This document shows, piece after piece, positions 26,997-28,438 of a stretch of DNA of 28,438 nt (the stretch's first letter is position 1; every line of letters begins with the position of its first letter). The notes under the pieces were generated by a model, which was not told where the DNA came from, did not search any database, and saw only the letters and a list, made by a program, of their open reading frames with translations. A program made the translations under genes and the position numbers. Source of the DNA: Opitutus sp. GAS368 (GTDB lineage Bacteria; Verrucomicrobiota; Verrucomicrobiia; Opitutales; Opitutaceae); the NCBI GenBank assembly GCA_945861645.1, contig CAMAVZ010000026.1, positions 1-28,438 of the forward strand, given 5' to 3'.

Positions 26997-28438
26997 ATGA
27001 GCTCTTCCCCTGATCGACCCCTCAATCGCCGCGAATTTATTAGTCAGGCGAGTTGTGCGGCCGTCGGCTCGACGGCGCTTTTTTCTACGCTGCTCACCTT
27101 GCGGTTGGCCAATTCCCTCGCGGCCCAGACGGTCGCAACGAGTGGTGATTATCGGGCGCTCGTCTGTCTGTTCCTCGCTGGCGGCAACGATTCCTTCAAC
27201 ATGTTGGTGCCGACCACGTCGGGTGAGTATGAGGCTTACGCGAAGAAGCGGGGTCCGTTGGCGCTTACGAAGGACACATTATTAGAGATTACCCCGAGCA
27301 ATCTCGGAGGGCGCACCTTGGGTATCCATCCGGCTATGCCCGAGGTTAGAGATCTTTTTAATGCGCGCCGCCTCTCTTTTATTTCGAACGTTGGTTCCTT
27401 GGTGCGTCCGTTAACTTTGACTGATGTCAAGGCGGGTCGCTATTTGCCCGTCTCCCTCTACTCCCACGCTGACCAAGCGAGGCAGTGGCAGACGTGTATG
27501 CCTGATCAACGCACAGCGATCGGCTGGGGCGGGCGGGCGGCGGATATCATCAAGTCGCTCAATGGCCCGAATTTGGTCTCGATGAATATTTCGCTTTCCG
27601 GGCAAAATGTTTTCCTGACGGGAAAACAGGCCTTCACCTACTCGGTGGGGGCGAACGGGGCGACGGCGTTGACCGGTTATAGTCCGACCGCGGTCAATAA
27701 CCTAACGGCGCTGCGCACAAAAGGGGTCAGCAGTATTGTCGATCAGAACTACCGTAATCTTTTCGAGCAAACTTACGCGCAGAGCACGAGCGATGCGGTT
27801 GACTCTTATTATAGCTTTGCCGCGGCGCTGAGTGGGGTGACGCTGAAAACGCCGATCCCCGCAGGAAATTCCTTGGCGACAAACCTCGCCACCATTGCGC
27901 GCGTCATTTCATCCAATCAAGGATTCGGCGCCCGCCGGCAGATTTTCTTTGTGCAGATCGGTGGATGGGACAACCACACTGACTTGTTTAGCAATCAGCA
28001 GAATAATTTGGGCATGGTCAGCAAAGCCATCAACACCTTTTCCTTGGCGCTTACGGAGATCGGGATGGCGGATAAGGTCACCCTGTTTACCGCTTCAGAT
28101 TTTGGCCGGACGCTCAGTTCCAATAGCACGGGCTCCGACCACGCGTGGGGCGCTAATCACCTCGTCATGGGTGGGGCCGTGAATGGCGGCAAGGTGGCTG
28201 GTGACAGCGCCAATGGTTATTATCCAGACTTCCAGAAAATATCCGAGATCGATACTGGGATCGGCCGAATTATTCCTGGGGTGGCGGTTGATGAATACGC
28301 GCGCGATTTACTTTCCTGGTTTGGTATCTCCAATGGCGATATGGATTATGTGCTCCCTGCGTTTAGCACCCGCTTTAGTGGCCGCCAGGCCCTCGGGCTT
28401 TTCCCGTCACCGATCACCGTGGCGCCTACGGTAGCTTC
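26997..28438 (+). CDS. DUF1501 family Tat-exported protein (3'-truncated by the window edge; absent from the ORF track)
   Basis: Hand translation shows no stop from ATG 26997 to the window end: NRREFI Tat motif, DYRALVCLFLAGGNDSFN, SHADQ, GWGGR, GGWDNH, SDFGRT, GSDHAWG. Confidence 0.93.
   Translation, partial: MSSSPDRPLNRREFISQASCAAVGSTALFSTLLTLRLANSLAAQTVATSGDYRALVCLFLAGGNDSFNMLVPTTSGEYEAYAKKRGPLALTKDTLLEITPSNLGGRTLGIHPAMPEVRDLFNARRLSFISNVGSLVRPLTLTDVKAGRYLPVSLYSHADQARQWQTCMPDQRTAIGWGGRAADIIKSLNGPNLVSMNISLSGQNVFLTGKQAFTYSVGANGATALTGYSPTAVNNLTALRTKGVSSIVDQNYRNLFEQTYAQSTSDAVDSYYSFAAALSGVTLKTPIPAGNSLATNLATIARVISSNQGFGARRQIFFVQIGGWDNHTDLFSNQQNNLGMVSKAINTFSLALTEIGMADKVTLFTASDFGRTLSSNSTGSDHAWGANHLVMGGAVNGGKVAGDSANGYYPDFQKISEIDTGIGRIIPGVAVDEYARDLLSWFGISNGDMDYVLPAFSTRFSGRQALGLFPSPITVAPTVA

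Noticed and set aside
109..28434. Many 60-235 aa antisense or alternate-frame ORFs in the track (e.g. 849..1556, 23572..24153, 25751..26260, 27895..28182)
   Set aside because: They lie over well-supported genes, have no recognisable motifs, and are typical shadow ORFs of GC-rich DNA.
1..28438. CRISPR arrays, IS elements, prophage, toxin-antitoxin or defence genes
   Set aside because: I saw no regularly spaced repeats, transposase, recombinase, nuclease or phage motifs on either strand.

Overview
Housekeeping-rich bacterial chromosomal segment. Gene style suggests Verrucomicrobiota (Opitutaceae-like), which is an inference and was not searched. It holds the 3' part of carB, purU, a YfgM-like TPR protein, tRNA-Pro(TGG), a LysM membrane protein, a Nudix hydrolase, a PaaK-like acyl-CoA ligase, sdhCAB, a ketose 3-epimerase, two lipoproteins, gpsA, a purine nucleoside phosphorylase next to a divergent inositol monophosphatase-family gene, an EamA transporter, an alginate-lyase-family enzyme, a DEAD-box helicase, a HAD phosphatase, hisC, sua5, a stand-alone minimal rpsR, tRNA-Arg(CCT), aroC, a degenerate CobW-like protein, and a DUF1800/DUF1501 pair. 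The DUF1501 ORF is missing from the ORF track because it runs off the window end. I saw no IS, prophage, integrase, CRISPR array or defence system. The strongest unexplained signal is regulatory: eight genes have a TTG(A/C)nn -35-like hexamer 35-38 nt upstream of the start codon and no Shine-Dalgarno, suggesting widespread leaderless translation, alongside a highly reduced bS18. Other candidates are a ~280-nt structured intergenic region before gpsA, a three-hairpin leader before the helicase, an RHH-like small protein, a probable pseudo-GTPase, a D-allulose 3-epimerase-like enzyme and a C-terminally extended DUF1501.
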